DNA of 38,650 nucleotides from a virus (lineage: Duplodnaviria > Heunggongvirae > Uroviricota > Caudoviricetes), in the IMG/VR virus record IMGVR_UViG_3300027777_000022. One strand, 5' to 3'. Position numbers and translations under genes: made by a program. The notes beneath the pieces were generated by a model. The model did no database searches. It had not been told where the DNA came from and was given only the letters and a program-made list of their open reading frames with translations. Below, piece by piece: positions 20,889 to 29,521 of the stretch. Each line of letters starts with the position of its first letter. Position 1 is the stretch's first letter.

Positions 20889-23800
20889 AATGTCAGTTCC
20901 ACTTGAGTTGAAGCTTCAGTTGCCACAAGTCTGTCCACATACCATTCAACAGTTTCAACATCTACAGTTTGTTCTGCCAGTCGCAAACCATGGAAAAATC
21001 TATCTGGAATATTTGCAAATTCTGCTCGTGTGCGCGGAGTTCTTGAATCTTTCACAAACTTCATATCTATTACTGGATAGATATTGTTGAATCTGCAACT
21101 GGTCAAAACACTGTCAGAGAACAAGTTCATGTGATGGTCGGTGATAACATTGTAATAGTCAATGGTATCTTGAATCACTTGCTTGTTGGTCAGAGTGATC
21201 TCTTGACCATGTTCGTTCACAGTGATGGTTCCAACTGGAGTTGCGTCTGTCATTGGATAGGTAAATGCACCTGCTTGTTTGTTAAAGATACGATGTTGAT
21301 CAAATGTTCGTAAAGTTGTGCCATCATTGAATGTCAACAGGTTGTACTGACTTCCAGTTTCACTGCGTTTGATCCACAAGGCTGTGGTTTCTACATAGCA
21401 GCCGCGATCAAAGTCCCAGCTCAACAGTTTGTCAGTGTAGGTGATATCTTCTATTGCCTTGTGTGAGCCATCGCTGAGTGCGATCTGAGTTCCGGCCAAC
21501 AAGCAAATGCCCGAGGTTCCGGTGGCCGAGTTGGAATAGAATGTGCCTGCATTACTGGTCACATAAGCAAACACAGTAAACGGTGTTGAATTCAAACCGG
21601 TTGTAAAGGACAATTTCACTGTTCCAGGAATGCTGCCCAAAGCACCAGTAGCGTACTTTTGACTCGATGTACCGGAAGTGATGATCACACCATATTCAGT
21701 TACCGGAGTTACATTGGATACTGTTACATTAGCAAACGCGGAGCCGCCGCCACCTGCATTGCCAACCCCGCTGGTGTCGGAAACCGTGATGGTTTGTACA
21801 GTGGGTAGGATTGTTTGACTAGGAACAGCAACACTTGTGAGTTGTGAACCATTACCAATAAAGCAGTTGCCAGTGATGTTACCTGTGGCACTGATCAATC
21901 CTGCCGTCAAGATGTTGCCACCAGTGACGTTGCCGGAACTTACCAGACTGTCCACATTGGCTGTTTGGAAATACACCACGCTGTTGAGGCTGTTGCTGAG
22001 TGTGCTGTTGGCCTTGTCGTAGACCAAGCTGATGATACTATGGAATCCTGCTATGCTCACACGAGCCACGTTGTCAGCCGCAGGGGTCACTATCTGATTA
22101 TTCATCAGTGTAACTACAGTGCCAGCACTGGCAGTGACAGCATTGGCTGTGTTGCTTGAAGCACGAATTACCGAATCAACAATGTTCAAGCTACCTGCAG
22201 TGACCTGAGGCATCAAGCAATCGGTGGCTCCCTTGACCAACACAGCAGCTCCTGCATTGTTGACCACTAGATTGTTTATTTTGTTGCCTATGATAGTGAT
22301 GGTGCCCGATCCAGATATCAACACATTGCCCGAGACCTGTAGTTCACAATCATCAACTTCAACATAGCCTGAACTGCTTTTGGTAAATTGTTCGGTCACA
22401 GTTGAACCGCTGATATAAACCTGTGAGTTGCCTGCGATGATCAGATTTGCCATTCTAAGTCCAGCAATCCTGCTATCAACATTGGCTATGGTGACTGTGC
22501 CAACGACTATAGTGCTGGCACCAGTGGTATCATAGGTTATTAGTTGTGTATTTGTACTGGTTATAGTGGGATTTTCTGTGTATTCACCTGGGTGTATCAC
22601 GATAGTATTACGGCCACCAGCAACCTGTGTGAGTGCGTGAGTCACAGTCAGATATGGTTGTAATATGTTTCCTGTGCCAGTGCTGTCATTGCCGTCTTTG
22701 CTGACGTGCATTTCGCCAGCAAAACTGTTATTGATACCAGTCAACTGACTGCCGTCGCCAATAAAATAGTTACCAGTGATGTTGCCTGCAACACTTATGA
22801 CATTACCATATGTGATTTCTTTTGAGGTGGCATTGTAGAACACGATTTCAGCTGTGTTGGCCACATCATTGCGGACCGGTGCCACTGTGAATGTGTTGGC
22901 TGTGGTTTGATTCAACGCACTTCCAGTGGCATTGATGATAATTGAGTTGTTGCCCTGATCGGTTCGACCAGCATCGCTACCAATAGCCACTGAATTGACA
23001 CCTTGATTGGTTCGACCAGCACCGATACCAACAGCCACCGCTTCTTGACCTTGTGAGCTATTACCAGCAAGCACGCCAATGGCCACTCCCCCATTGCCTT
23101 GTGAGGTTCGACCAGCATAGTGGCCGATGGCTACTGATTCTTGACCTTGTGAGGTTAGTCCAGCATCTTTACCAAATGCCACTGCATGATACACAGTATC
23201 TTTTATCACTGCATTATATGGTAATGTTATATTACCATCTGCGGCAAAGGTCCACTGTGCAGAGTTACCAACATTATCGTTGCTGTTGATAACAATATTG
23301 CCGGTGTTGGCCAGTTGTATATATTTGTTGTCATCGCCGATAAACTGATTGTAGTATTGATTGTTGCCGGTGTCAAAATGTATGTGAGTGGGTTCGTCAT
23401 TGATATTACCCCGCACTCGCAAGTACATATTGGCATCTGCGCTGGAACTGCTGGGTGCAAGATACAATCCACTGATGAGATTGCTTGTGCCCGTACCTAT
23501 CACTATCTCGTTTCTGAATGTTACATTGCCGGTTATTCGGTTACCGTTGGCATAGTTGATTGCGATAGTATTACCGGGCAATGTTAGATTACCGGTGCTA
23601 TCAAAGGTCCAGGTTTGTTGAGGTGTAGAATTTCCATCCACAATGATCTGGGCAATTGGCGCTTCTGTGTTGCCGTTGTCTAGATACAGTTCAGCGTAAC
23701 TGTAGGGAGAGTTATTAAAAGCATAGAGGTCAACGCTGGTTGGATTGATAATTATTTGATTAAGATTATTGCCAAGGCTATTGCCCTGAATGGTCAATGA

Positions 23801-24340
23801 GATGTTGGCATCATCACTGATGCTCATGGTGTCACCAGTGAACACAAAATTACCAATAGCAGCATTGCCACCGCCAACAAATGGTGCGCCATTGGCGTAG
23901 AAATACCCATTGGTACGTATACCTGGTGTTATCACATTGCCATTGGTATATGTGAGGTAAGCATCGCTGGCAAAACTGTTGGACCCTGAATTGAATTGTA
24001 TCTCTCCTACATTTCCTGAGGGATAGTTAGTAGTTGATGTGACTTGATTTGTTGTGCTAAAAGTCTGTTCTTCAAGAACAATGTTTACATTAGCACCTTC
24101 AAACACACCAGGTTGACTTGTGGTAGTCAAACTGTTTAATGCAGCTTGACCAGTCACGTATATTGATACGTTAGGATCGGTAGGTGTGGTGGCTGGTCCA
24201 TTAACATCAACAGTGGCAACAGTAGCAACAATGTTAGCCAGTGTAGTAGTCCCATCAGCACCTGCGCGGAGAATCGTGGGTGCGGCTGTTGTTGGTTCGT
24301 ACGGTGAAACGCCAGCGCCTGGTGTGGTGATAATAGCCAT
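20885..24340 (-). CDS. Tail-fibre/adhesin-like protein with YadA-like head repeats, beta-helix, FN3-like module and C-terminal Hint domain
   Basis: 14-aa SQGxxSVAIGxxAG repeats; HVSKDGNDSTGTG..LQPYLTV..A..TIVIHPGEY (pectin-lyase-like start); FTVFAYVTSNAGTFY; CLLAGTQIALSDG...YYNVIT..NLFSDSVLTSC. Confidence 0.8.
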   Translation of the reverse strand: MAIITTPGAGVSPYEPTTAAPTILRAGADGTTTLANIVATVATVDVNGPATTPTDPNVSIYVTGQAALNSLTTTSQPGVFEGANVNIVLEEQTFSTTNQVTSTTNYPSGNVGEIQFNSGSNSFASDAYLTYTNGNVITPGIRTNGYFYANGAPFVGGGNAAIGNFVFTGDTMSISDDANISLTIQGNSLGNNLNQIIINPTSVDLYAFNNSPYSYAELYLDNGNTEAPIAQIIVDGNSTPQQTWTFDSTGNLTLPGNTIAINYANGNRITGNVTFRNEIVIGTGTSNLISGLYLAPSSSSADANMYLRVRGNINDEPTHIHFDTGNNQYYNQFIGDDNKYIQLANTGNIVINSNDNVGNSAQWTFAADGNITLPYNAVIKDTVYHAVAFGKDAGLTSQGQESVAIGHYAGRTSQGNGGVAIGVLAGNSSQGQEAVAVGIGAGRTNQGVNSVAIGSDAGRTDQGNNSIIINATGSALNQTTANTFTVAPVRNDVANTAEIVFYNATSKEITYGNVISVAGNITGNYFIGDGSQLTGINNSFAGEMHVSKDGNDSTGTGNILQPYLTVTHALTQVAGGRNTIVIHPGEYTENPTITSTNTQLITYDTTGASTIVVGTVTIANVDSRIAGLRMANLIIAGNSQVYISGSTVTEQFTKSSSGYVEVDDCELQVSGNVLISGSGTITIIGNKINNLVVNNAGAAVLVKGATDCLMPQVTAGSLNIVDSVIRASSNTANAVTASAGTVVTLMNNQIVTPAADNVARVSIAGFHSIISLVYDKANSTLSNSLNSVVYFQTANVDSLVSSGNVTGGNILTAGLISATGNITGNCFIGNGSQLTSVAVPSQTILPTVQTITVSDTSGVGNAGGGGSAFANVTVSNVTPVTEYGVIITSGTSSQKYATGALGSIPGTVKLSFTTGLNSTPFTVFAYVTSNAGTFYSNSATGTSGICLLAGTQIALSDGSHKAIEDITYTDKLLSWDFDRGCYVETTALWIKRSETGSQYNLLTFNDGTTLRTFDQHRIFNKQAGAFTYPMTDATPVGTITVNEHGQEITLTNKQVIQDTIDYYNVITDHHMNLFSDSVLTSCRFNNIYPVIDMKFVKDSRTPRTRAEFANIPDRFFHGLRLAEQTVDVETVEWYVDRLVATEASTQVELTF
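21095..21505 (-). other. Hint (Hedgehog/intein) autoprocessing domain
   Basis: Block A C1 (CLLAGTQI.LSDG..KAIEDI), block B-like TFDQHRIF, block F YYNV, ends VLTSC instead of HN. Confidence 0.8.
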
Positions 24341-24360
24341 AGTTCAAGTTTCCTTTGATG

Positions 24361-24366
24361 TATTTA
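24361..24366 (-). promoter_or_regulatory. Late promoter box TAAATA
   Basis: GGTAAATAC ~20 nt upstream of the 1151-aa gene, AAGGA SD between. Confidence 0.6.
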
Positions 24367-24389
24367 CCGATATCAATGTAATAATTAAC

Positions 24390-24421
24390 AGTCAACAAAA
24401 AAGGGCCTTGCGGTGCTTTCC
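24390..24421 (-). terminator. Imperfect terminator after the endonuclease
   Basis: AAAGCACC-GCAA-GGCCCTTTTTT with mismatched stem. Confidence 0.45.
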
Positions 24422-24447
24422 TGAACTTCCCATCCCGGGGTTGTTGC

Positions 24448-25245
24448 TTACGGGGTATTTATGCTGGCACAGGCAGAACCGTGCCAACGGGCATACATTG
24501 CCACACTGACTTGTTTATTACAATGCTCACAAGTTTTTTTCAGCTGACTTGGATGTGTTCCGTTGGCAAGACGTTTTTGATTTGACTCTGCACCAACCCA
24601 GGGATTTTTACCTTCAGCAATCATCTTGCGATTATGTTCAGGACCAAGTAAGTTGTGTGTTCCATCTTCAATCAACTTTTTGTTTAACTTGCCGCCTGCA
24701 TTTGGGCTATTGCCATTCTGCCAGTGATGTATTCCTGCCTCACTACGCCACTTGCTGGGATTATTAGTCAGGTTAATGTGTCTGCCACTGGCCATTGCTG
24801 CACTGGCGTTCCGACCATCTTTGTTTGGATTACGGTCACCTTGTAGATTGTGTTTACCTTCACTAACTAACTTATTTTGTTTTTGTCTTAATACTTCAAC
24901 AGATTCAGGATTAGTTTTAGTCCAGTGGTTATCACCACTTAGTTTTGCTACAACTAATGGATCTTTCATTGGGTTATTAGTCGATTCAAATCCCACAGGA
25001 TCCGATGTAAGATTCATACAGCCCGGCTTACCGTAGTGTTCAGCAAGGTATTTGCCCTCAAGTAATTTAAGTTCAGTTGAATCAGTTGCATACTCAAGCA
25101 CTTCTCGTGTAAGTGTTGTTTGATCTTTTATTGATCTTGGCCACATGCCGGATCCAATATAGCCATCGTTGATATTTTCTGTGCTGTGTCTGCCAACATA
25201 GTATTTTCCGTTAACGTGAGTTGTTTTGTATATGAAGTGTATCAT
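24448..25245 (-). CDS. Free-standing Seg-like GIY-YIG homing endonuclease (probable start MIHF at 25245)
   Basis: FIYKTTH.NGKYYVGRHST....DGYIGSG, REVLE, CMN; repeated GxH/GKNP DNA-binding units; C-terminal CEHC..RWHG..C; TAAATA 5 nt before this ATG. Confidence 0.85.
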   Translation of the reverse strand: MIHFIYKTTHVNGKYYVGRHSTENINDGYIGSGMWPRSIKDQTTLTREVLEYATDSTELKLLEGKYLAEHYGKPGCMNLTSDPVGFESTNNPMKDPLVVAKLSGDNHWTKTNPESVEVLRQKQNKLVSEGKHNLQGDRNPNKDGRNASAAMASGRHINLTNNPSKWRSEAGIHHWQNGNSPNAGGKLNKKLIEDGTHNLLGPEHNRKMIAEGKNPWVGAESNQKRLANGTHPSQLKKTCEHCNKQVSVAMYARWHGSACASINTP

Positions 25246-25290
25246 ACAGTTATTTATGATACTCGCCAGCATTACTAAATTTATAGTCAA

Positions 25291-25318
25291 CAAAAAAGCA
25301 CCCGAAGGTGCTTTTTTG
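25291..25318 (-). terminator. Rho-independent terminator after major capsid gene
   Basis: AAAAAAGCACC-TTCG-GGTGCTTTTTT (cUUCGg loop, symmetric A/T tracts). Confidence 0.9.
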
Positions 25319-25341
25319 AGTTCTTTTTGACCAATCTCTGA

Positions 25342-26553
25342 TTAGGAGAATGACAAATTACTCACCGCGATTTCTCCCACATAATCTCCGGCATTGCCGA
25401 AACTCGATGCGGTGTTGGTGAGCTCAATGAAACCATAACGAGTCATGAACGAAACAACTGGTTCGAATGTTGTTGGATCCAATACAACACCTGAACTCAT
25501 CAAGGGGATGTATGGGCAGTAGAATGCAGGAGCGTCAGCTTCTGAACTACCTTTGTAGCCAACCAATACAGGTGTAGTGTCGCTAGCATAGCTATCAACA
25601 AACACACGCATTGCGCCGTTCAGAGTACCAACAAACTTGGTGTTTGTAGGTGCTTCGAATGTACCTTCTGTAGTACGTGCAAACGCACTAGTAGTAGCAC
25701 TTTGCAACACTGTGAGTGCAGCAGAGCTAACCACAGCATAGTTACCAGCGCCACGACGTGTGCGTTGGGCGATCAAGTTAGCAACACGGTTGATCAGAAC
25801 TGCCAGAGCGGCGTGTTCGTCACCAACGAATGTAGCTGTACCAGATACAGTAGCTTGGTTGTATGTGTACTCAGTTGTTGCCAACGAGCGCAGGCTCAAC
25901 AAGATCTCTTGGTCAATTTCAGCTGTAATCTCTTGTGCCAGAGCTGCCATGATTTCGGCTTCTACGTCGATACCATGCATAGCTTGTGCGTCTTGAGCAG
26001 CTTCAAATGTCCAACGAGCTTGCAACTTACGTGTCTTAGCTTCAACAGCTTGCTTCAAGATTTGCACAGAGATCTGACGACCACCGCTACCTTCAAGCAC
26101 TGATGTGTTAGCACCAGAGTAGATGTTTTGTGTTGGATCAACAATACCAGCTGTTACGCTGCTTGCTGAACTGTATGCTTGAGCAATCAAGAATGGGCTC
26201 AATGCTTCTTGACCGGCAGCAGTACTGGTTTGAGCAGTGCTGTTGTCAGTCATTGTGTTGGCATAACGCACACGCAGGGTGTGTATCTGACCAACAGGTC
26301 CGGTCATGGGCTGAACGCCAACCAATTCGTTAGCAATAACAGTTGGCATAACACGACGGATAACTGGCAGAATCACACGGTTAAGTGTGGCAATGTTGCC
26401 AGAACCAGTAGAACCAGAGCTTGCATTTTCTTTCAAATACTTGCGTGTGTTCTCGAGGATCACATTCATACTGGTGCGCTTGTTGCCTTTTAGGCCTTCA
26501 AGAAGGGCTTCCTTGGTTTCATCCCAGCGGCCTTCTAATAGTTGTTGTGACAT
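25342..26553 (-). CDS. gp23: Major capsid protein (T4 gp23-like)
   Basis: IRRVMPTVIANELVGVQPMTGPVGQI, VEAKTRKLQARWTFEAAQD, TRRGAGN, GYKGSSEADA.AFYCPYIPL, FMTRYG. Confidence 0.97.
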   Translation of the reverse strand: MSQQLLEGRWDETKEALLEGLKGNKRTSMNVILENTRKYLKENASSGSTGSGNIATLNRVILPVIRRVMPTVIANELVGVQPMTGPVGQIHTLRVRYANTMTDNSTAQTSTAAGQEALSPFLIAQAYSSASSVTAGIVDPTQNIYSGANTSVLEGSGGRQISVQILKQAVEAKTRKLQARWTFEAAQDAQAMHGIDVEAEIMAALAQEITAEIDQEILLSLRSLATTEYTYNQATVSGTATFVGDEHAALAVLINRVANLIAQRTRRGAGNYAVVSSAALTVLQSATTSAFARTTEGTFEAPTNTKFVGTLNGAMRVFVDSYASDTTPVLVGYKGSSEADAPAFYCPYIPLMSSGVVLDPTTFEPVVSFMTRYGFIELTNTASSFGNAGDYVGEIAVSNLSFS

Positions 26554-26569
26554 TTAAGTCTCCTTTAAA

Positions 26570-27667
26570 TTAAAGCCCTGCCAGACGCTTGATGGCAATA
26601 ACATTGCTGTTGTCAGCGTTATCTTCATCTTGTCTCTGAGCAGTTTTATTACCAGTTACTTCTGACACATTTTCTGAAATCACCTGGCGGGCTTTTACAG
26701 ACTTGCCTTCAGCTAATACTGCTGGTAGATACTTTTCAAAAGCGTTTTTCAGACGAGGTGTCTGCACGCTTTCGAGTAAATTACGCATGACTTCACGCTT
26801 CTCTTCGTTGAGAGGAGAAAGCAGATCGTCTAATGTGTTTTGACGCACATTGGATTCACGGATCACACGTATTTCACGTTCCTTGGACTCAACCAAGACT
26901 TTCGCCTTGTGACTGAGTTTAATGGCCTCGGACAGTTGACGTTCTCTTGAGGCGATGATGTTTTGCAACTTGCGAACTTCGGCTTTCTCATTGAGATGAG
27001 TGGCACCAAATTCCGCAGCATACGCTTCAAAAATACGACGACCAAAACTGTTCTCGCGAGCAGTCTGGATGTCTTCATGTAACTGACTAAGTTCAGCCTT
27101 CAAGTGATGGCTAACAGCTCGACTCATTTTTTCAGCACTTTCTTTTACAAAACGTGCTTTGAGATTCTCCAACTTGCCACGTGCTTCACGCACCAAACGT
27201 ACTTTAGTTTCCACTACATCACGTTTGTCTTGAGCAAATTCTTGGATCTCACGAGCCAACGCATGCACCATGAAGTGTTCTAGTTTTTCTAGTCCTTCAT
27301 TGTGCTGCTTGCGGTCTTTGCGTAATTCGCTGATTTCTTCAGATAATTTTGTTACCATGAAATTGTTAAACTTCACAGCACTTTCTTTCATCTTGGTTTG
27401 AAACTTCACGCGATCTTCACGCAGGGCAGCTTTCTCTTGGGCAAACTCAGCAAGTTCACCGGTGAGACTTTCTGTCATCATCTTGTCTAAGGCTTCAACC
27501 ATCACTGTCTTATCGTGCTCGTAGCGTTGAGCAAACTCTTCACGTAGTTCTACTCGAACCTGTTCACGTGCTTCTGTCAGTTTTGATTCCCAAGCTTCGT
27601 TGAGTTCTCTGCTGACGTCTTCGTTGATCAGGCCGCTATCTAGCAATGGTTTGATTGCATCTAGCAT
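26570..27667 (-). CDS. gp22: Prohead core scaffold protein (gp22-like)
   Basis: Charged coiled-coil protein between protease and capsid genes; GRRIFEAYAAEF motif. Confidence 0.8.
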   Translation of the reverse strand: MLDAIKPLLDSGLINEDVSRELNEAWESKLTEAREQVRVELREEFAQRYEHDKTVMVEALDKMMTESLTGELAEFAQEKAALREDRVKFQTKMKESAVKFNNFMVTKLSEEISELRKDRKQHNEGLEKLEHFMVHALAREIQEFAQDKRDVVETKVRLVREARGKLENLKARFVKESAEKMSRAVSHHLKAELSQLHEDIQTARENSFGRRIFEAYAAEFGATHLNEKAEVRKLQNIIASRERQLSEAIKLSHKAKVLVESKEREIRVIRESNVRQNTLDDLLSPLNEEKREVMRNLLESVQTPRLKNAFEKYLPAVLAEGKSVKARQVISENVSEVTGNKTAQRQDEDNADNSNVIAIKRLAGL

Positions 27668-27670
27668 GCT

Positions 27671-28312
27671 TTACTCCTTAATTTTGAGATCCTTGATAAG
27701 GCGTTTTACTTCCTCACGCAGGTATCTCTGTACCTTGCTGTTCTGACCTGCGTCCTTGGCAATCTCTAACACTTTATGACCATACTTCATATTGCGAAGT
27801 CCTTCATAAATTGCACGAGGATATGCATGCGGGGCACTGGGCTGAGCAACAATATCCACAGTGACTATCTCAAAGTCACTGACATGTCCGTTGCCTTCGT
27901 TCACGTTACCGGAACCACGGCTCGAAACTCCGAGTTTCACACCCGAATCCAACATGGTCTTGACCAGTTGTCCCATAGGTGTAGGTAATATCTTTAACTT
28001 ACCGTAACCAGCAGGGCCGTCCATCCACATTTTTTCAATGCAATGACTGACTCTGTCTAGGTTGATTTTTAAATCTTCAGGGTGATCTACTTCACCCAGC
28101 ACCGAATAACCTTCACGCAGTTGTTCATTGATACTGTGAACCGCTCTACCAATTTCATTCACGGGGTACACACGTTCATTGGCGTTCTTTACTCCGCCTT
28201 CGATACATATACCTTCCATGTACAGGGTCTTTCCTGCGCCGTCAGGACCATCTTCAACCAAGACGCGAATCTTGGCTTGGTTGAAGTTTAGATGTTCCTG
28301 TAAGTATTTCAT
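27671..28312 (-). CDS. gp21: Prohead protease (gp21-like)
   Basis: KNANERVY, LGEVDHP, NLDRVSH, KILPTPMG, LGVSSRGSG, DIVAQPSAPHA. Confidence 0.95.
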   Translation of the reverse strand: MKYLQEHLNFNQAKIRVLVEDGPDGAGKTLYMEGICIEGGVKNANERVYPVNEIGRAVHSINEQLREGYSVLGEVDHPEDLKINLDRVSHCIEKMWMDGPAGYGKLKILPTPMGQLVKTMLDSGVKLGVSSRGSGNVNEGNGHVSDFEIVTVDIVAQPSAPHAYPRAIYEGLRNMKYGHKVLEIAKDAGQNSKVQRYLREEVKRLIKDLKIKE

Positions 28313-28318
28313 TGCTGA

Positions 28319-29173
28319 TTACTTGCCACTACGTGGAAATGGTGTGCGTGTGTTTACACCAGCAGCTTGACCCAAGTTTGGCTTGGTTGCAGGCTTCAAA
28401 TCTTGCGTGGTTTGAGCAGGTGAGTTACCAACTTTACCAATTAGATCTTTTGTGGTGTTCTTGTAAGCGGCAGTGTCGTGATGACCGCCTTCTGCTTGTC
28501 CAGTTTTCACAGGACGACCTTCCATACCCGCTTGTCCACTGTTAAATGCAGTGATAGACTTGGTGTTGGTTCCGGCTGGTTCTGAAGTTACTGGTTTTGG
28601 AGCAGCTTTAAGCGTGATGTTTTCCATCATGCCTTCTGTTTCAAATTCGTCGTTGTCCATGCCCATGTCATCCATGCCATCCATGTCGCCCATGTTGTCT
28701 GCATCGGGTTCACCGTTGCCCATCATGTGCTCAAATTCAGCCATGAGTTCGTCTAACTTGTCAGCTAGATCCATCACATCGCCTTTGGTAGCAGCTTCAT
28801 CACCACCCATTTCGTCATGGTCTTGTTCCATGTCATGAGTGAGATCTTCACCGTCTGATTCAGCTTCGTCATCAAACTCTGCATCATCTTCGCCTTCGTG
28901 CATGCCCGACTCTTCAGTCTCAACATCGTCGATCATGTCGCCGGCTTGGCTTCCGCCCATCATGTCGTCACCTTCTTCCATCGGAGGATTACCGTCAGTA
29001 TCTGGCGGCTCTTCACCCATGGCATTGTCTTCTTCTAATTCGTCCTCTTGCATGATATTCTCATAGATCTGACGACTCTTAGATACTACAATTTGATGAA
29101 AAAGTTCTTTGGCTTTGGCATCTTCGTCGTTGATAACATATTCAATCAACTTTTCAAACTGATTTTTACTCAT
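28319..29173 (-). CDS. Highly acidic putative prohead core/internal protein
   Basis: D/E/M-rich 284 aa; position between portal and protease like T4 gp67/gp68; GGAG SD and upstream TAAATA (29231-29236). Confidence 0.55.
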   Translation of the reverse strand: MSKNQFEKLIEYVINDEDAKAKELFHQIVVSKSRQIYENIMQEDELEEDNAMGEEPPDTDGNPPMEEGDDMMGGSQAGDMIDDVETEESGMHEGEDDAEFDDEAESDGEDLTHDMEQDHDEMGGDEAATKGDVMDLADKLDELMAEFEHMMGNGEPDADNMGDMDGMDDMGMDNDEFETEGMMENITLKAAPKPVTSEPAGTNTKSITAFNSGQAGMEGRPVKTGQAEGGHHDTAAYKNTTKDLIGKVGNSPAQTTQDLKPATKPNLGQAAGVNTRTPFPRSGK

Positions 29174-29295
29174 TTAACTGGCTCCTATAGATATTCGTTA
29201 ACTTTGCCACCCTGGCAAAATGTATATCTATATTTACAAATTAAAAGAAAAATATGCCAGTTATGGCTGGTTTTTTGCCAATTAATACAAAAATG

Positions 29296-29514
29296 TTATG
29301 CTGGAGGAGCAACCGGTGGAGCATATTGAGTTCTAATGTCTTTTAGCTTTTCATTATACTCAAATGTCCTAGTATCATTCATTTTTCGCAATTTATTCAA
29401 TTGCATGAGTGTGAGCTTGGTCTTGCGTAATTGGCCAAGATGAGGCTGAGTGTTATCAGCGGCAACATCTTGATATGCACTGGGACTACGTTCGTAAAGC
29501 TCGTTGAGGATCAT
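29296..29514 (-). CDS. Small head-module protein (72 aa, MILNEL...RKTKLTL.QLNKLR)
   Basis: ATG 7 nt after the portal stop with TAAATA overlapping the stop; the longer track ORF overlaps portal and is likely over-extended. Confidence 0.7.
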   Translation of the reverse strand: MILNELYERSPSAYQDVAADNTQPHLGQLRKTKLTLMQLNKLRKMNDTRTFEYNEKLKDIRTQYAPPVAPPA

Positions 29515-29521
29515 GAAGTAT

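Noticed and set aside
21095-21505. Canonical splicing intein
   Set aside because: Lacks terminal His-Asn/Gln and an endonuclease domain, and is not inserted in a conserved enzyme
25246-25293. N-terminal extension of the endonuclease given by the track
   Set aside because: Starts with TTG inside the terminator tail; the GIY-YIG motif and TAAATA box point to ATG 25245
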